A stretch of DNA of 64,000 nt from Phyllobates terribilis (Eukaryota): the NCBI RefSeq assembly GCF_046119375.1, contig NW_027362765.1:257114001-257178000 (forward strand), written 5' to 3'. The position numbers and the translations under genes were made by a program. How positions within the stretch are numbered: the stretch's first letter is position 1; every line of letters begins with the position of its first letter. Shown here piece by piece: positions 62,302 to 64,000 of the stretch. The notes under the pieces are model-generated. The model searched no databases. It saw only the letters and a list, made by a program, of their open reading frames with translations, and had not been told where the DNA came from.

Positions 62302-63341
62302 TTGAAGAGAATCTGCAATTCGTTTTTTGCCACTTAACTCCTTTACCACCCAAGGTGGTTTGCACGTTAATGACCAGGCCAATTTTTACAATTCTGACCA
62401 CTGTCACTTTATGAGGTAATTACTCTGGAACGCTTCAATGGATCCCCCTGATTCTGAGATTGTTTTTTCGTGACATATTGTACTTCATGATTGTGGTGAA
62501 ATTTCTTTGATACCACTAGTGTTTATTTGCGGAAAAAATGGAAATTTGGTGAAAATTTTGAAAATTTTTCTAATTTTCAAAATTTGAATTTTTATGCCTT
62601 TAAATCAGAGAGATATGTCACACAAAATAGTTAATAAATAACATTTTCCACATGTCTACTTTACATCAGTACAATTTTGGAACAAAATTTTTTTTTTTTA
62701 GGGAACTATAAGGGTTAAAAGTTGACCAGCAATTTCTCATTTTTCCAACAAAATTTTTTTAGGAACCACATGACATTTGAAGTCACTTTGAGGGGTCTTT
62801 ATGACAGAAAATGCCCAAAACTGACTCTATTCTAAAAACTGCACCCCTCAAGGTGCTCAAAACCACATTCAAGAACTTTATTAACCCTTCAGGTGTTTCA
62901 GAGGAATTTTTGGAATGTGGAAGAAAAAAAATTAACATTTAACTTTTTTCACAAAAATGTTATTTTAGACCCAATTTTTTTTATTTTCCCAGGGGTAAGA
63001 GGAAAAAATGAACCACAAAATTTGTTGTGCAATTTCCCCTGAGCACGCAGATACCCCATATGTGGGAAAAAAACACTGTTTGGGCGCACGGCAGGGCTCG
63101 GAAGGGAAGGAGTGCCATTTGACTTTTTGATTGTAAAATTTGCTTGAATATAATTAGAGGACGCCATGTTGCATTTGGAGAGCCCCTGATGTGCCTAAAC
63201 AGTAGAAACCCCCACAAGTGACTCTATTTTGGAAACTACACCCCTCAAGGATTTTATCAAGGGATATAGTGAACATTTTGAACCCAGAGGTACGACTCAG
63301 AATTTGATAACATTAGGTCATCATATTGAATAAGTTGTTAT

Positions 63342-63640
63342 TAGTCTTGAGCGCAAGTGCTCGCTACTTGAGTTTGCATTGGGTACTCAGGTATGCACCA
63401 TGTATCACGGGTGCTCGACTGACATGCTCAAGTCCCCACCCGCATGTTTCACGGTTATTAGACACCCAAAAAAAACATGCAGGGATCGCTCGTGCATGGC
63501 AGGCAATCCCGCAAGGTTTTTTTTGCCCGCGAAGCATGTGGGGCGGAGACTCGAGCATGTCACTTGAGCACCCGCGATACTCAGTGCATACCCGAGCACC
63601 CGATGCAAACTCAAGTAGCGAGCACTTGTGCTCAACACTA
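63342..63640. mobile_element. 299-bp palindromic hAT MITE with TIRs related to the 10-kb hAT
   Basis: TAGTCTTGAGCGCAAGTGCTCGCTACT / AGTAGCGAGCACTTGTGCTCAACACTA. The 8-bp flanks GTTGTTAT / GTTGCCAT match at 6 of 8 positions. Confidence 0.8.
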
Positions 63641-63682
63641 GTTGCCATATCGTCATCTTTTTTTTTACTTTTGAAAAAAATC

Positions 63683-63962
63683 CCAACCCTAACCCCAACC
63701 CTAACCCTAGCCCAACCCTAACCCAACCCTAACCCCAACCCCAACCCTAACCTTAACCCCAACTCTAACCCCAACCCTATCCCCAACCCTAACCCCAACC
63801 CTAACCCTAGCCCAACCCTAACCCTAGCCCAACCCTAACCCCAACCCTAGCCCAACCCTAGCCATAACCCCAACCCTAACCCTAGCCTAACCCTAGCACA
63901 AACCTAACCCTAGCCCAACCCTAACCCCAACCCCAACCCTAACTCTAGCCCAACCCTAACCC
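63683..63962 (+). repeat. Degenerate telomere-like hexamer tract (CCCTAA/CCCCAA/CCCTAG mix)
   Basis: Directly visible. Flanked on both sides by transposon sequence. Confidence 0.9.
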
Positions 63963-64000
63963 CAGGTCGTTCCGGACGCAGCAATACCAAATATGTGTAC

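Larger units (their letters stand above)
62338..64000. mobile_element. TTAA-flanked non-autonomous element, running off the window
   Basis: TTAA|CTCCTTTACCACCC at the left end. It has internal duplicated blocks (TGACTCTATT...AAACT.CACCCCTCAAGG at ~62820 and ~63220) and shares sequence with 100-140. Confidence 0.55.

Noticed and set aside
63683-63962. True chromosome end
   Set aside because: The tract is short, degenerate and flanked on both sides by transposon sequence.

Overview
Transposon-dominated vertebrate DNA, very probably anuran amphibian. The basis is TTAA-flanked T2/Kolobok-type MITEs, long-TIR Tc1 elements, an L2-tailed tRNA SINE and hAT elements with TAGTGTTGAGCG ends; the species cannot be determined from sequence alone. 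I could not recognise any host protein-coding gene. From left to right the window holds: decayed hAT, L2, SINE and Tc1 pieces (1-6.3 kb); a 10-kb hAT element with an 8-bp TSD, a broken transposase and three internal tandem arrays (6292-16353); more Tc1 fragments, MITEs, solo LTRs and a Helitron end fused to a 72-bp array; and a full-length but defective Ty3/Gypsy element (38995-47404). The main result is two LTR elements (51224-56222 and 57015-61580) plus a related solo LTR (28153-29426) that carry no gag or pol motifs. In their place is a single ORF ending in a Y-box-like cold-shock domain. One copy has an intact ORF and LTRs that look identical. These elements share short cis-motifs with the neighbouring Gypsy at matching positions: tRNA-Ser PBS, post-PBS motif, post-stop motif, 3' UTR motif, PPT, U5 end, a covarying U3-terminal hairpin and an internal PBS mimic in U5. 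This suggests a helper/satellite retrotransposon system with an RNA-binding cargo protein. All alignments were done by eye; no database searches were run.
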